Assembly: GCA_963749655.1 (NCBI GenBank)
Contig: CAVVOB010000035.1
Location: forward strand, 1-64,000
Source: Nitrospirota bacterium
GTDB taxonomy: Bacteria; Nitrospirota; UBA9217
Direction of reading: 5' to 3'
Length of the DNA stretch: 64,000 nucleotides
Below are positions 10,712 to 20,870 of this stretch, one piece after another (positions within the stretch are counted from its first letter, which is position 1; each line of letters opens with the position of its first letter). The notes beneath the pieces are model-generated. The model made no database searches, was not told the origin of the DNA, and saw only the letters and a list, made by a program, of their open reading frames with translations. The translations under genes were made by a program, and so were the position numbers.

Positions 10712-11812
10712 ATGCATGAAAGAGGCCGCTTCGACCGGGTGCTGCTTTTCGCCATCCTTGCGCTGGTCGTGGGGAGCGTCGTGATGGTATACAGTGCGAG
10801 CAGCGTTGTCGCGCTCACCACCTATGACGACCCGGCGTTCTTCATGAAGCGGCAGGTCCTGTGGGCGCTGATCGGCCTCGCGCTCATGATGGTCGTGATG
10901 CGCATCGACCACCGAAGGCTGGCGGACCAGCGGGTTGCGCTCGCGCTGATCGCGGTCTCCCTGGTCCTGCTTGCGGCCACGCTGGTGCCCGGCATCGGGA
11001 GAATGGTGAACGGTTCCCGCCGGTGGCTGCGGTTCGGCATGTTGTCGTTCCAGCCGTCGGAGCTGGTGAAGTTTTCCCTCGTGGTGTACCTGAGCTACTA
11101 CGTCGCCAAGAAGGGCGAACGGCTCCGGGATTTTGCGAACGGCCTGGTTCCGGCCTACGTCGTCACGGCCGTGCTTCTGGCGGTGGCTGCGCTGCAGCCG
11201 GATTTCGGAGCGGCCATGACGCTGGCCTGCGTGGCGGGCGTCATGCTCTTTGCCGGAGGCGCCAGCCTGCTCCACATCGGGGGGACGGTGCTCGCGGCCC
11301 TGCCAATGGTCTATTTTGCCGTGACGCATGAAGCCTACCGCTGGCGCCGCATCTCGTCCTTTCTCGATCCCTGGTCCGATCCCCAGGGGGCGGGACATCA
11401 GATCATCCAGTCCTTTCTGGCCTTCGGCAGCGGCGGCGTGTTCGGGCGGGGGCTCGGTGAAGGCAGGCAGAAGCTCCTGTTCCTGCCGGAGCGGCACTCG
11501 GATTTCATCTATGCCGTGATCGGCGAAGAACTGGGCCTCATCGGCACGCTCGCGGTGATCGCGCTGTTTTTGATCATCCTGCGCCAGGGAGTGAAGATAG
11601 CGCTCAAAGCGGGCGAGCCTTTCAGCCGCATGCTCGCCCTCGGGATAACGCTTCTTATCTGCCTCCAGAGCCTGATAAACATGGCTGTGGTAACCGGTCT
11701 GCTGCCGACCAAGGGGATCGCGCTTCCGCTCGTGAGCTACGGAGGCTCGTCGCTCGTGATCACGATGGGGGCGCTGGGTGTACTGCTGAATATCTCTAAG
11801 GAAGCGTCGTGA
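10712..11812 (+). CDS. ftsW: SEDS peptidoglycan polymerase FtsW
   Basis: VMVYSAS, NGSRRWL, FQPSELVK, QPDFG, LPERHSDFI, GEELG, PTKGIALPLVSYGGSS. Confidence 0.96.
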   Translation: MHERGRFDRVLLFAILALVVGSVVMVYSASSVVALTTYDDPAFFMKRQVLWALIGLALMMVVMRIDHRRLADQRVALALIAVSLVLLAATLVPGIGRMVNGSRRWLRFGMLSFQPSELVKFSLVVYLSYYVAKKGERLRDFANGLVPAYVVTAVLLAVAALQPDFGAAMTLACVAGVMLFAGGASLLHIGGTVLAALPMVYFAVTHEAYRWRRISSFLDPWSDPQGAGHQIIQSFLAFGSGGVFGRGLGEGRQKLLFLPERHSDFIYAVIGEELGLIGTLAVIALFLIILRQGVKIALKAGEPFSRMLALGITLLICLQSLINMAVVTGLLPTKGIALPLVSYGGSSLVITMGALGVLLNISKEAS

Positions 11813-11818
11813 AGAGGC

Positions 11819-11850
11819 AATGCGGAATGCGGAATGCGGAATGCGGAATT
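11819..11850. repeat. (AATGCGG)x4 tandem heptamer at the ftsW-murG junction
   Basis: aatgcggaatgcggaatgcggaatgcggaatt. Confidence 0.85.
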
Positions 11851-11879
11851 GAGGTCCGCACGGCGCAAGCGGAACCCGA

Positions 11880-12953
11880 ATGAATGTCGTCATCGCAGGC
11901 GGGGGGACGGGCGGACATCTGTATCCCGGGATCGCGATCGCCCGGGAGCTCCTCCGGAAAACCGGTAATTCGGTGCTTTTCATCGGAACGGAACAGGGGA
12001 TCGAGGCCAGGGTCCTTCCCAGGGAGGGCCTGCCGGTCCGCTTTATTACGGCAGGCAAGCTGAAAGGAATGAAACTGCGGTCAATCATAAAAACGGTGTT
12101 CGGCCTGCCTGCGGGCGTCGTCCAGTCCCTGCGGCTGCTGCGGCAGGCAAAGGCTGAGATAGTGATCGGCGTGGGCGGCTACGCTTCAGGACCGGTCGCC
12201 GTTGCTGCGCTTGCGCTGCGGATTCCGCTTTTGATCGTGGAGCCGAATTCCTACGCAGGCCTGGCGAACAGAAAGCTCGGCAGGTTTGCAGACAAAGTGG
12301 TTCTCTGCTTTCCCGGCCTCGGAGCCCGGCGGTTCTTCCCGCAGACAAAGACGGTCATTACGGGCCCGCTGGTCAGGAAAGGGATCGATGAGGGCGACCA
12401 CGGCAAGGCGCTTGCCACCTTCGGGCTGGAGCCCGGACAATTCACGGTTTTCGTGATGGGCGGAAGCGGCGGGGCCCATGCGATCAATATGGCCATGAAA
12501 GAGGCGGCGCCGCTGCTTAAAGATCTGCCGAAGCTCCAGGTTCTGCACCAGACCGGCGAGAAAGACGTGGACGATGTGGCGCGGGGCTACCTGGCTGCCG
12601 GCATCAGGGCCGTGGTCCTGCCATATATCGATGATATGGCGGCGGCATATGCCGCCGCGGATCTGGTCGTGTCGCGTTCCGGCGCCACCACCATTGCCGA
12701 GCTTGCGGTTTGCGGAAAGCGGGCGGTGCTCATACCGTTTCCCTTTGCCGCGGACAACCACCAGGAGTACAACGCGCGAACACTCGCAGAGCGGGGCGGC
12801 GCGGAAGTGGTGCTCCAGAAGGACCTGACTCCCCTCAGGGTGGCCGGCCTGATACGGCAGTTCGCGGGCAAAGGGGGCGGACCCGGCCGGCCTGTGAAGA
12901 TGGAAAAAAACGCCGCAGCGGAAATCGTGAGGATCTGTTCAGACTATGTTTAA
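11880..12953 (+). CDS. murG: Lipid II GlcNAc transferase MurG
   Basis: [38 protein letters not shown]. Confidence 0.97.
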   Translation: MNVVIAGGGTGGHLYPGIAIARELLRKTGNSVLFIGTEQGIEARVLPREGLPVRFITAGKLKGMKLRSIIKTVFGLPAGVVQSLRLLRQAKAEIVIGVGGYASGPVAVAALALRIPLLIVEPNSYAGLANRKLGRFADKVVLCFPGLGARRFFPQTKTVITGPLVRKGIDEGDHGKALATFGLEPGQFTVFVMGGSGGAHAINMAMKEAAPLLKDLPKLQVLHQTGEKDVDDVARGYLAAGIRAVVLPYIDDMAAAYAAADLVVSRSGATTIAELAVCGKRAVLIPFPFAADNHQEYNARTLAERGGAEVVLQKDLTPLRVAGLIRQFAGKGGGPGRPVKMEKNAAAEIVRICSDYV

Positions 12954-14331
12954 GAGAATAAAGCACATCCATTTCGTGGGAATCGGCGGCATCGGCATGA
13001 GCGGCATCGCGGAGGTGCTCCTGAACCTGGGGTATAAGGTATCGGGTTCGGACATGAAGGAGTCGGACACCACCGAGCGCCTGCGAAAGCTGGGAGGCGA
13101 GATCTTCATCGGCCACCGGGCGGAAAACATCACGGAACCGCACGTGGTCGTGATCTCGTCGGCGGTGAAAAGCGACAATGTCGAAGTCGTCGCCGCGCGG
13201 GAGAAGCAGATCCCCGTGATCCCCCGCGCCGAGATGCTGGCGGAGCTGATGCGGCTCAAGTACGGCGTTGCCATCGCCGGCGCCCACGGCAAGACCACGA
13301 CCACGTCCATGGTCTCGACCCTGCTGGCCGCCGGCGGCATCGATCCCACGGTCGTGATCGGCGGAAAGCTGAACAGCCTCGGCACGAACGCCAAGCTCGG
13401 ACAGGGGGAATTTCTCGTGGCCGAGGCGGACGAGAGCGACGGGAGCTTCCTCAAGCTCTCCCCCACCATCGCCGTGGTTACCACCATCGACGCCGAGCAT
13501 TTGGACTACTACCGGGACATCGATGAGATCAAGGCGGCTTTTCTCACCTTCATCAACAAGGTGCCTTTCTACGGCGTTGCGGTATTGTGTCTCGATCAGC
13601 CGCATATCCAGTCGCTGATCCCGCGCGTCGAGAAACGCTACCAGACCTACGGCTTGAGCACCCAGGCGGATTACCAGGCGCGCGACATCTCCCTGCGGTC
13701 CCTCGGGTCGACCTTCAGGGTCCTGCACCATAACGAGGACCTGGGCTCCTTCGAGCTGGCGGTGCCCGGCGTACATAACATCAACAACAGCCTTGCCGCG
13801 ATCGCCGTGGCGCGTGAACTGGAGATCGACCTGGAGGTCATCAGAAAGGCGCTCAAGGAGTTCAGCGGAGTCCAGCGACGTTTCCAGATCAAGGGCGAGG
13901 CGAGGGGCGTCATCGTTGTTGACGACTACGGTCATCACCCCACGGAAGTAAAGGCCACGCTGGCTGCCGCGGCCGCGGGCATGGAGCGCCGGGTCGTGGT
14001 CGTGTTTCAGCCCCATCGTTACACGCGGACGCAGCACCTGCTTGAAGAGTTTTTTACCGCTTTCAACCAGGCCGACAAACTGATCGTCATGGACATCTAT
14101 GCGGCCGGAGAGAAGCCGATTCCGGGTGTCACGGGCCAGGCTTTATACGAAGGGATCAGGAAGCACGGCCACAAGGACGTGACCTACATTCCTGAACGCG
14201 AAAAGATCGTCGATCATCTGGCCGAGGTTCTGAAGAAGGGCGACCTGATGCTGACCCTGGGCGCCGGCGACGTGTGGAAGATAGGGGAGCAGGTCGTGGA
14301 GCGATTGAAGCGTGAAAATTCCGGGATTTAA
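12946..14331 (+). CDS. murC: UDP-MurNAc:L-Ala ligase MurC
   Basis: [54 protein letters not shown]. Confidence 0.98.
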   Translation: MFKRIKHIHFVGIGGIGMSGIAEVLLNLGYKVSGSDMKESDTTERLRKLGGEIFIGHRAENITEPHVVVISSAVKSDNVEVVAAREKQIPVIPRAEMLAELMRLKYGVAIAGAHGKTTTTSMVSTLLAAGGIDPTVVIGGKLNSLGTNAKLGQGEFLVAEADESDGSFLKLSPTIAVVTTIDAEHLDYYRDIDEIKAAFLTFINKVPFYGVAVLCLDQPHIQSLIPRVEKRYQTYGLSTQADYQARDISLRSLGSTFRVLHHNEDLGSFELAVPGVHNINNSLAAIAVARELEIDLEVIRKALKEFSGVQRRFQIKGEARGVIVVDDYGHHPTEVKATLAAAAAGMERRVVVVFQPHRYTRTQHLLEEFFTAFNQADKLIVMDIYAAGEKPIPGVTGQALYEGIRKHGHKDVTYIPEREKIVDHLAEVLKKGDLMLTLGAGDVWKIGEQVVERLKRENSGI

Positions 14332-15220
14332 AGGAGAGCTCAGGAAAAACGAACCGCTCAGCCTGCACAGTTCCTTCCGGATCGGCGGGCCTGCAGACCT
14401 GTTTGCGCTGCCTGTTGACCGTGAGGATCTTGCCGTCCTGCTTCAGGAGATCGCAAAGCAGGGCCTCAGCTGGTTCGTCATCGGCGGCGGCACGAACCTG
14501 CTGGTCAGGGACGGCGGTTTCCGGGGCGTCGTGGTCAGCCTGCAGCGCATGAAGTCGATCAGTGTCGACAGACAATACCGTTCGATCGGAGGGAATTTTG
14601 CCGTCCTTGCGGTTGACGCTGGCGCGCTGCTGGCATCGGCCCTGTCCTTTGCCGTCGAGGAAGGGCTGACAGGCCTTGAGTTTGCCGCCGGCATCCCGGG
14701 CACCGTGGGCGGCGCCGTGTGCATGAACGCGGGAACAGCTGCGGGGGAGTTCGGCGATATCGTCGAGTCAGTGACGCTCCTCGCGCCTGACGGAGCGTTC
14801 CTCGTCCGCGGGCGGGAAGAAATGGGCTTCGGATACCGGACTGCTACGGTGCCCGACAGCCACGTGGTTGTGGATGTGCGAATCATCCTTCGCCGCGGCG
14901 AAGCGGACCGGGTCAGGGCAACGGTCCAGGAGCTCATGGACGGGAGAAAGAAACGGCAGCCCGGCGGGTTTCCGAACGCGGGGTCCGTATTCAAGAATCC
15001 GCAGGAAGCCGCCGCGGGAAGATTGATCGAGGCGGCGAAGCTCAAGGGAAAGCGGATCGGCGGGGCGCAGGTCTCGGAAAAGCATGCCAATTTCATCGTG
15101 AATACGGGGAATGCGACAGCTTCGGATGTGCTCAGGCTCATGGAGATCGTGAAAGAGGCCGTGCTCGACACCCAAGGCGTGCGGCTTGAGCCGGAGATCA
15201 AGATCGTGGGAGAAGACTGA
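14312..15220 (+). CDS. murB: UDP-N-acetylenolpyruvoylglucosamine reductase MurB
   Basis: [55 protein letters not shown]. Confidence 0.97.
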   Translation: MKIPGFKGELRKNEPLSLHSSFRIGGPADLFALPVDREDLAVLLQEIAKQGLSWFVIGGGTNLLVRDGGFRGVVVSLQRMKSISVDRQYRSIGGNFAVLAVDAGALLASALSFAVEEGLTGLEFAAGIPGTVGGAVCMNAGTAAGEFGDIVESVTLLAPDGAFLVRGREEMGFGYRTATVPDSHVVVDVRIILRRGEADRVRATVQELMDGRKKRQPGGFPNAGSVFKNPQEAAAGRLIEAAKLKGKRIGGAQVSEKHANFIVNTGNATASDVLRLMEIVKEAVLDTQGVRLEPEIKIVGED

Positions 15221-15225
15221 ATAGA

Positions 15226-15270
15226 ATTTCGGAATGCGGATTTCGGAATGCGGATTGCGGAATGCGGAAT
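15226..15270. repeat. Six-unit heptamer array (ATTTCGG/AATGCGG/ATTGCGG) after murB
   Basis: atttcgg aatgcgg atttcgg aatgcgg attgcgg aatgcgg aat. Confidence 0.85.
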
Positions 15271-15310
15271 GAAAATCGGAAATCATGTAAGCAAAGACAA
15301 AACAAAGTTA

Positions 15311-15392
15311 GCCACGAATTACACGAATTTGCACGAATTGGAAAAGACTTGCTGACGGGTTTTAATTCGTGTCAATTCGTGAAATTCGTGGC
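15311..15392. repeat. Inverted pair of CACGAATT 9-10-mer tandem arrays before ddl
   Basis: gccacgaattacacgaatttgcacgaatt ... aattcgtgtcaattcgtgaaattcgtggc. Confidence 0.85.
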
Positions 15393-15406
15393 AAGAAGGA
15401 TTTGAC

Positions 15407-16372
15407 ATGGCCTTGGTGACAACGAAAAAGATCGGCGTTTTGATGGGCGGGCTTTCGTCGGAGCGCGAGGTTTCGCTCGCAACGGGCAACGCCATTCTGA
15501 AAGCGCTCAAGGAAAAAGGTTACGACGCCGTGGGCGTGGACGTGGGGCGTGACGTGGCGGAGCAGCTGCGGAAAGCCGGGGTCGCGGTGGCGTTCAACGG
15601 GCTTCACGGCAAGTTCGGCGAGGACGGAGCGATCCAGGGGCTGCTCGAGATCGCGGGCATTCCTTACACGGGTTCGGGCATCCTTGCAAGCGCCATGGGC
15701 ATGAACAAGGTCGTCTCCAAGCTGGTTTTCAAGTCCCACGGCCTTCGTGTCGGGCCCTACGCGGTTATCGACGCGGACCGGCGCGAGCAGCTGAACGAGA
15801 TCCCGTCGATCATTCCCTTTCCCGTGGTGGTCAAGCCCATTTCGGAAGGATCGAGCGTCGGCGTCAGTCTCGTGTACACGTTCGAAGAGCTGAGGCCCGC
15901 GGCCGAACTCGCCTTCGGCTTCGACCGGGAGATTCTGGTGGAGAAGTTCATTGCCGGCAAAGAAGTCCAGGTCGGGATCCTCGGCAACCGCGCTCTGGGC
16001 GCGATCGAGATCGTGCCGAAGAAGAGCGCCTTTTACGACTACGAAGCAAAATATGCAGAAGGAATGTCGGATCATTATTTTCCCGCCAGGATCGATGCGG
16101 AAGCATATCAGCGGGTCCTCGATGCCGGTCTGGCAGCGCACCGCGCCCTGGGGTGCAGGGGCTACAGCCGCGTGGACTTCATTGTCGACGCTCTCGGTTC
16201 GCCCTCTATCCTCGAGGTGAACACGCTTCCGGGGATGACTGCCACGAGCCTGCTGCCCGACATCGCCCGGGGCGTAGGCATGGAGTTTCCCGATCTCGTG
16301 GAGGAGATCCTGAGATTGGCGCTGTTGAAAAGCGGAATGCGGAATGCGGAACCGGCATGGAATGCGGAGTGA
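15407..16372 (+). CDS. ddl: D-Ala-D-Ala ligase
   Basis: GGLSSEREVSL, LHGKFGEDG, PYTGS, GSSVGV, YDYEAKY, RVDF, EVNTLPGMT; last residues encoded by an AATGCGG repeat. Confidence 0.97.
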   Translation: MALVTTKKIGVLMGGLSSEREVSLATGNAILKALKEKGYDAVGVDVGRDVAEQLRKAGVAVAFNGLHGKFGEDGAIQGLLEIAGIPYTGSGILASAMGMNKVVSKLVFKSHGLRVGPYAVIDADRREQLNEIPSIIPFPVVVKPISEGSSVGVSLVYTFEELRPAAELAFGFDREILVEKFIAGKEVQVGILGNRALGAIEIVPKKSAFYDYEAKYAEGMSDHYFPARIDAEAYQRVLDAGLAAHRALGCRGYSRVDFIVDALGSPSILEVNTLPGMTATSLLPDIARGVGMEFPDLVEEILRLALLKSGMRNAEPAWNAE

Positions 16373-17288
16373 ATGACGCAGGCGCGAACCATGCGTGACT
16401 ACAAGAACGTCAGAGTTCCGAAGTCGTACCGCGGCGGATCGAACCGCAGAACGGTTAAGCGGGTACAGGTCACCCGTTCTGCCGGGCGGTCCGGCGAACG
16501 AAGCGGCAGCGGGCTGGTCGGTTTTCTGCAGAAAACCCTGGCTGTGCTCGTTACCGCCGCGGCCATCGGCCTCTGCTGGCAGGGCTACCGGACGCTGACC
16601 ACCTCCGGCATGTTCATCGTGTCCGGCGTGGATATCAAGGGCGTTCATCATCTGAGCGACGGCGACCTCGCCGAGGTTGCAGCGGCTTTTTCGGGGCAGA
16701 ACATTTTTCGGGTCGACGTGGACGCCGCGGTGCGGCGCGCCCGCGCCAATCCCTGGGTAAAAGACGTCCGGGTCCACCGCCGGCTTCCGAACCGGATCAC
16801 CATGGTGGTCACGGAGCGGGTGCCGGCGTACCTTCTCGAAACAGGAGCCGGGCGTTTTGTGATGGACAATGAGGGAGCGATCATCGAGCGCATAGCGCAG
16901 AACGACGGCCATCCATGGCCGCTCCCCGTGGTAGCGATCAGGGACTGCCGCGTCCGCCCCGGAGAACAGGCGGCGACCGAGGGGCTGGCCGAGGCGATGC
17001 TTCTTCTCGACGAAATCGCGGCCCGGGGCGGGTGGAAGCTTGCGGACGTGACCATCAAAGCTGCCTCGCCGGAGGCGCTCACCATCGTATATGCGGACCA
17101 TGAGTTCAAGATCGGGAACGGCCGCTATGGTGAAAAGCTCCGCAGGCTCTCAGAGGTCCTGGCGGACGTGCAGCGGCGCGGCATCGAGATCGCTTACGTG
17201 GACCTTCGGGCGGAACGCCAGGCCGCGGTAATGGTGAAGAAGCAGGGGCCAGGGTCCGGGGGCCAGGAACAAGGGAAAACGTCTCTAG
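16373..17288 (+). CDS. ftsQ: Cell division protein FtsQ/DivIB (stop not in frame as sequenced; reads through into ftsA)
   Basis: Basic N-terminal tail, single TM, POTRA domain (NPWVKDVRVHRRLPNRITMVVTERVP), C-terminal YVDLR; end placed at the nearest out-of-frame TAG. Confidence 0.88.
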
Positions 17289-17324
17289 CCGTTCCCTGGA
17301 CCCTTGCTACTGGACCCTTGACCC
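17243..17324. repeat. Heptamer repeat hairpin (AGGGGCC/AGGGTCC arm, TGGACCC arm) at the ftsQ-ftsA junction
   Basis: caggggccagggtccgggggccagg ... ccctggacccttgctactggacccttgaccc. Confidence 0.7.
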
Positions 17325-17341
17325 GAATGAGGAGGTTGCTT

Positions 17342-18565
17342 GTGGCCAAGAAAAAGCCGGACAATGTTCTTGTGGGTCTGGACCTCGGAACGACCAAAGT
17401 CTGCGCCATCGTGGGCGAAGTCAAGGAGGGCGGCCAGGTCGACATCATCGGGATCGGGATCAGCGCTTCCCACGGCCTCAAGAAGGGCGTGGTCGTCAAT
17501 ATCGACAGCACCGTGGAGTCCATCAAGAAGGCGATCCAGGAAGCGGAGCTCATGGCCGGCGTGGAGATCAACTCGGTCTATGTGGGGATCTCGGGCGGAC
17601 ATATCAAGGGCATCAATTCGCGCGGGGTGGCGGCCATCAAGAACCGCGAAGTCGGGCCGGCGGACGTGGCACGGGCGATCGACGGGGCGCGGGCGGTGAA
17701 TTTCCCCATGGACCAGCAGATCCTCCACGTGCTGCCCCAGGAGTTCATCATCGACGACCAGGACGGCATCAAGGACCCGCTCGGCATGTCGGGAACGCGT
17801 CTCGACGTGAAGGTCCATATCATCACCGGCGCCGTCACGGCAATCCAGAACATCGTTAAAAGCTGCTCCCGGGCCGGACTGAGCGTGAGCGACCTCGTGC
17901 TCCAGCCGCTCGCCTCGAGCCGGGCCGTGCTCACGGCCGAGGAGCAGGAGCTCGGCGTCGTGGTGGCCGACATCGGCGGCGGGACCACGGACCTGGCCTT
18001 CTTCCTGGAGGGAAGCCTCTGGCATACCGAAGTGCTTCCGATCGGCGGCAACCACCTGACGAACGATATCGCCATCGGCCTCAGAACGCCGGCGTCGGAG
18101 GCGGAAAAGATCAAGATCAAGTACGGCTGCGCGCTTTCGTCTCTCGTGAAGCACGAGGAGACACTGGACGTCCCCAGCGTGGGCGGAAGGCCCCCGCGCC
18201 TGTTGTCGCGCCAGATCCTGTGCGAGATCATCGAGCCGCGCGTGGAGGAGCTCTTCGGCATGGTGCAGCAGCGGCTCAAGAAGACGGGCTTCGAGGACAT
18301 GTTCGCCTCGGGCGTCGTGCTGACGGGCGGTACGGCGTTGATGGAGGGCGTGCAGGACGCCGCCGAGCGGTACCTCGGCCTTCCGGTGCGCAAGGGCGCG
18401 CCGCGGAACATCGGCGGCCTGATGGACGTGGTGAACAGCCCCATTTACGCTACCGGTGTCGGGCTCGTGATCTACGGAGCAGAGAACCTGCAGGAATCGC
18501 CACGCAAGTTCAAAAGCGCCGGCTCGGTGAGCCGGATCTGGAAATGGCTGGGGGAGTATATTTAG
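17342..18565 (+). CDS. ftsA: Cell division protein FtsA
   Basis: GAGGAGG RBS then GTG at 17342; VGLDLGTTKV, GLKKGVVVNI, ADIGGGTTD, GGNHLTNDI, VLTGG. Confidence 0.96.
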   Translation: MAKKKPDNVLVGLDLGTTKVCAIVGEVKEGGQVDIIGIGISASHGLKKGVVVNIDSTVESIKKAIQEAELMAGVEINSVYVGISGGHIKGINSRGVAAIKNREVGPADVARAIDGARAVNFPMDQQILHVLPQEFIIDDQDGIKDPLGMSGTRLDVKVHIITGAVTAIQNIVKSCSRAGLSVSDLVLQPLASSRAVLTAEEQELGVVVADIGGGTTDLAFFLEGSLWHTEVLPIGGNHLTNDIAIGLRTPASEAEKIKIKYGCALSSLVKHEETLDVPSVGGRPPRLLSRQILCEIIEPRVEELFGMVQQRLKKTGFEDMFASGVVLTGGTALMEGVQDAAERYLGLPVRKGAPRNIGGLMDVVNSPIYATGVGLVIYGAENLQESPRKFKSAGSVSRIWKWLGEYI

Positions 18566-18566
18566 G

Positions 18567-18672
18567 AATTGCGGATTGCGAATTGCGGATTGGAAGCAGA
18601 CGGCTCGGCTGAATGTTTTTCGATCTTCGGTTTTTCCTCAATGCGAAATCGACAATCCGCAATTCACAATTG
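18567..18672. repeat. Heptamer repeat hairpin at the ftsA-ftsZ junction
   Basis: aattgcggattgcgaattgcggattgg ... cgaaatcgacaatccgcaattcacaattg. Confidence 0.78.
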
Positions 18673-18689
18673 TATTATCCGGAGGAGCT

Positions 18690-19916
18690 ATGGACGACAA
18701 TCTCGAGTTCGGGTTTCAGGACATCATGGAGTTCGTTGCCGGTTCGCATGACGCCCCGGAGAAGAGCGAGCCGGTCGCGGAGAGGAGGGCACACGGGATG
18801 TTCCAGTTCGAAGAGGAAAGGCTGCCCGCGGTCATCAAGGTGATCGGCGTAGGAGGCGGCGGGAGCAACGCCGTCAGCACCATGTACCAGTCCGACATCA
18901 AAGGGGTCCACTTCATCGTGGCGAACACCGACATGCAGGCCCTGGAACTGGCGCGGGCGCCGATCAAGCTCCAGATCGGGTCCAAGCTTACCTGCGGCCG
19001 TGGCGCCGGAGCGAATCCCGAGATCGGGCGCAATGCCGCGCTCGAAGATGCCGAGAAGATCAAGGCCGCCCTGGCGGGCGCAGATATGGTTTTCATCACG
19101 GCGGGCATGGGCGGCGGCACGGGAACGGGCGCCGCGCCCGTCATCGCGAGTCTTGCGCGCGAGACCGGGGCGCTTGTCGTGGGCGTAGTCACCAAGCCCT
19201 TCAGCTTCGAGGGAGAGGCGAGAAAGCTCAAGGCCGACGAGGGCGTTGCCGAGCTTAAAAAGAACGTGGACGCCCTGATCGTGATCCCGAACGAGCGCCT
19301 GCTGAACCTTGCAGAGCGAAAGACCACCCTGCTGCAGTCGTTCAAGCTCGCCGACGGCGTGCTGGCGCAGGCGGTGAGGGGGATTTCGGACGTGGTCACG
19401 AAGCACGGTTATATGAACGTCGATTTCGCCGATGTAAAGACGGTGATGGCGAACCGGGGCAGGGCGGTCATGGGGACCGGCGTCGGGAAGGGCGACGGAC
19501 GGGCCATCGACGCAGCGCAGAAGGCGATCGCGAGCCCCCTGCTCGAGGACGGATCCATCAAGGGCGCGCGGGCGGTGCTCATCAACGTCACCGGCGGCGA
19601 AGATATGGGGATCTACGAGTTTACCGAGGCCTCGGCGATCATCAAGGAGGAAGTCGATCCCTCAGCCAATATCATCGTGGGCGTTGTGATCGATCCTGTC
19701 ATGAGCGAAGAGCTCATGGTCACCGTGATCGCGACGGGGTTCGACGAAGAGGGCATCCGGGAGCGCGTGAAGCGGCCGGTGAACCTCAAGGAGTTCATGA
19801 AGGTCGTGGATAAGCCGAAGCGGAGGCAGGAGTCTTTCGATTTTCGGAACGAGGCCCTCGGCATCGACAGCGAGGACTTGGACAAGCCGACGTTCCTGAG
19901 AAGGCAGGCGGATTAG
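18690..19916 (+). CDS. ftsZ: Cell division protein FtsZ (alternative start at 18798)
   Basis: IKVIGVGGGGSNAV, GAGANPEIG, AGMGGGTGTGAAP, NVDFADV, C-terminal LDKPTFLRRQAD. Confidence 0.98.
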   Translation: MDDNLEFGFQDIMEFVAGSHDAPEKSEPVAERRAHGMFQFEEERLPAVIKVIGVGGGGSNAVSTMYQSDIKGVHFIVANTDMQALELARAPIKLQIGSKLTCGRGAGANPEIGRNAALEDAEKIKAALAGADMVFITAGMGGGTGTGAAPVIASLARETGALVVGVVTKPFSFEGEARKLKADEGVAELKKNVDALIVIPNERLLNLAERKTTLLQSFKLADGVLAQAVRGISDVVTKHGYMNVDFADVKTVMANRGRAVMGTGVGKGDGRAIDAAQKAIASPLLEDGSIKGARAVLINVTGGEDMGIYEFTEASAIIKEEVDPSANIIVGVVIDPVMSEELMVTVIATGFDEEGIRERVKRPVNLKEFMKVVDKPKRRQESFDFRNEALGIDSEDLDKPTFLRRQAD

Positions 19917-20031
19917 AACGAAAAACCGCAGAACAAACGCCGCATCGATTTCGATATGCGTGCGGCCGTGTCCTGCGGTCGGAATGGAATGATGGCCGGC
20001 TGTGCTTCAACAGCCGGTTGTGCACTCGTAC

Positions 20032-20403
20032 CTAGTGGCGTTTCGCTTCAAGGGCCGCTTCGTGCGCCATTACCATGACCCCGCCCCTCTTTTTCTCCAG
20101 GGCCTTATCCAGTCCCAGCCGCGTGGCTGAAAAGCCGATGGGGCAGTCTTCCTCTTCTTTCTTCACCCTGTTCATGAAATCGCATCGCCAGCAGTTATTC
20201 AGCTTCTGGGCGTAGGTCCCCTGGATCTTACCGCCGCAGAGCGAGCCTGCGATCGCCCAGCAGGCCCTGCCGGCGTTCTTCCCGTCATGCGCGCCGTCAA
20301 GAGCATGGTACGTCGTCACCGGACAGATACCCAGTTCGGCAGCCTTGTGGCCGCCGGGCTGCCGGCCGCAGTTCTTGTGTTCCCAGCAATTCAGCTTTCC
20401 CAT
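20032..20403 (-). CDS. Two-CW-domain Cys-rich protein, copy B
   Basis: NCWEHKNCGR...ICP...GRACWAIAGSLCGG..QGTYAQKLNNCWRCDF. Confidence 0.82.
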   Translation of the reverse strand: MGKLNCWEHKNCGRQPGGHKAAELGICPVTTYHALDGAHDGKNAGRACWAIAGSLCGGKIQGTYAQKLNNCWRCDFMNRVKKEEEDCPIGFSATRLGLDKALEKKRGGVMVMAHEAALEAKRH

Positions 20404-20465
20404 GCTTTCACCTCAGGAGAATTGGATTCCATTGATGGGGACCGGCTATCCGGCAGTCCTGCCGG

Positions 20466-20870
20466 TCAGTGGTCCGCATCAGGAGAGAGATCGGCAGCAG
20501 TGGATCCCTGGCTCCGCTGTTTTTCGAGTGTCCTGTCCATGCCGAGGCGCGTATGGGAGAAGCCGGAAACCGTCGGATCCTCTTCCATCTTCACCTTGTT
20601 CATGAATTCGCACCGCCAGCAGTTGTGCAGCTTCTGGGCGTAGGTCCCCTGTATCTTTCCGCCGCAGAGCGAGCCCGCGATCGCCCAACAGGCCCTGCCG
20701 GCATTCTTTCCCCCGTGAGCCCCGTTCAGCGCATCATAGACGGTGGCAGGGCAGATTCCGAGCTCCGCAACCTTATTGCCTCCGGGCTGACGACCGCATT
20801 TCTTGAATTCCCAGCAGTTCATCTTCTTGGCCTGGTCGACAACAGGTACGATACTTTTGAGAATTGCCAT
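20466..20870 (-). CDS. Two-CW-domain Cys-rich protein, copy A
   Basis: NCWEFKKCGR...ICP...GRACWAIAGSLCGG..QGTYAQKLHNCWRCEF; close paralog of copy B. Confidence 0.82.
   Translation of the reverse strand: MAILKSIVPVVDQAKKMNCWEFKKCGRQPGGNKVAELGICPATVYDALNGAHGGKNAGRACWAIAGSLCGGKIQGTYAQKLHNCWRCEFMNKVKMEEDPTVSGFSHTRLGMDRTLEKQRSQGSTAADLSPDADH

Noticed and set aside
10697-14037. Long antisense ORFs (463 aa, 400 aa and similar ones opposite other genes)
   Set aside because: Shadow ORFs expected from GC-rich codon bias opposite well-supported genes; no recognisable motifs
11819-15392. Tandem repeats as a CRISPR array
   Set aside because: Units are 7-10 nt with no unique spacers, and no cas genes are present
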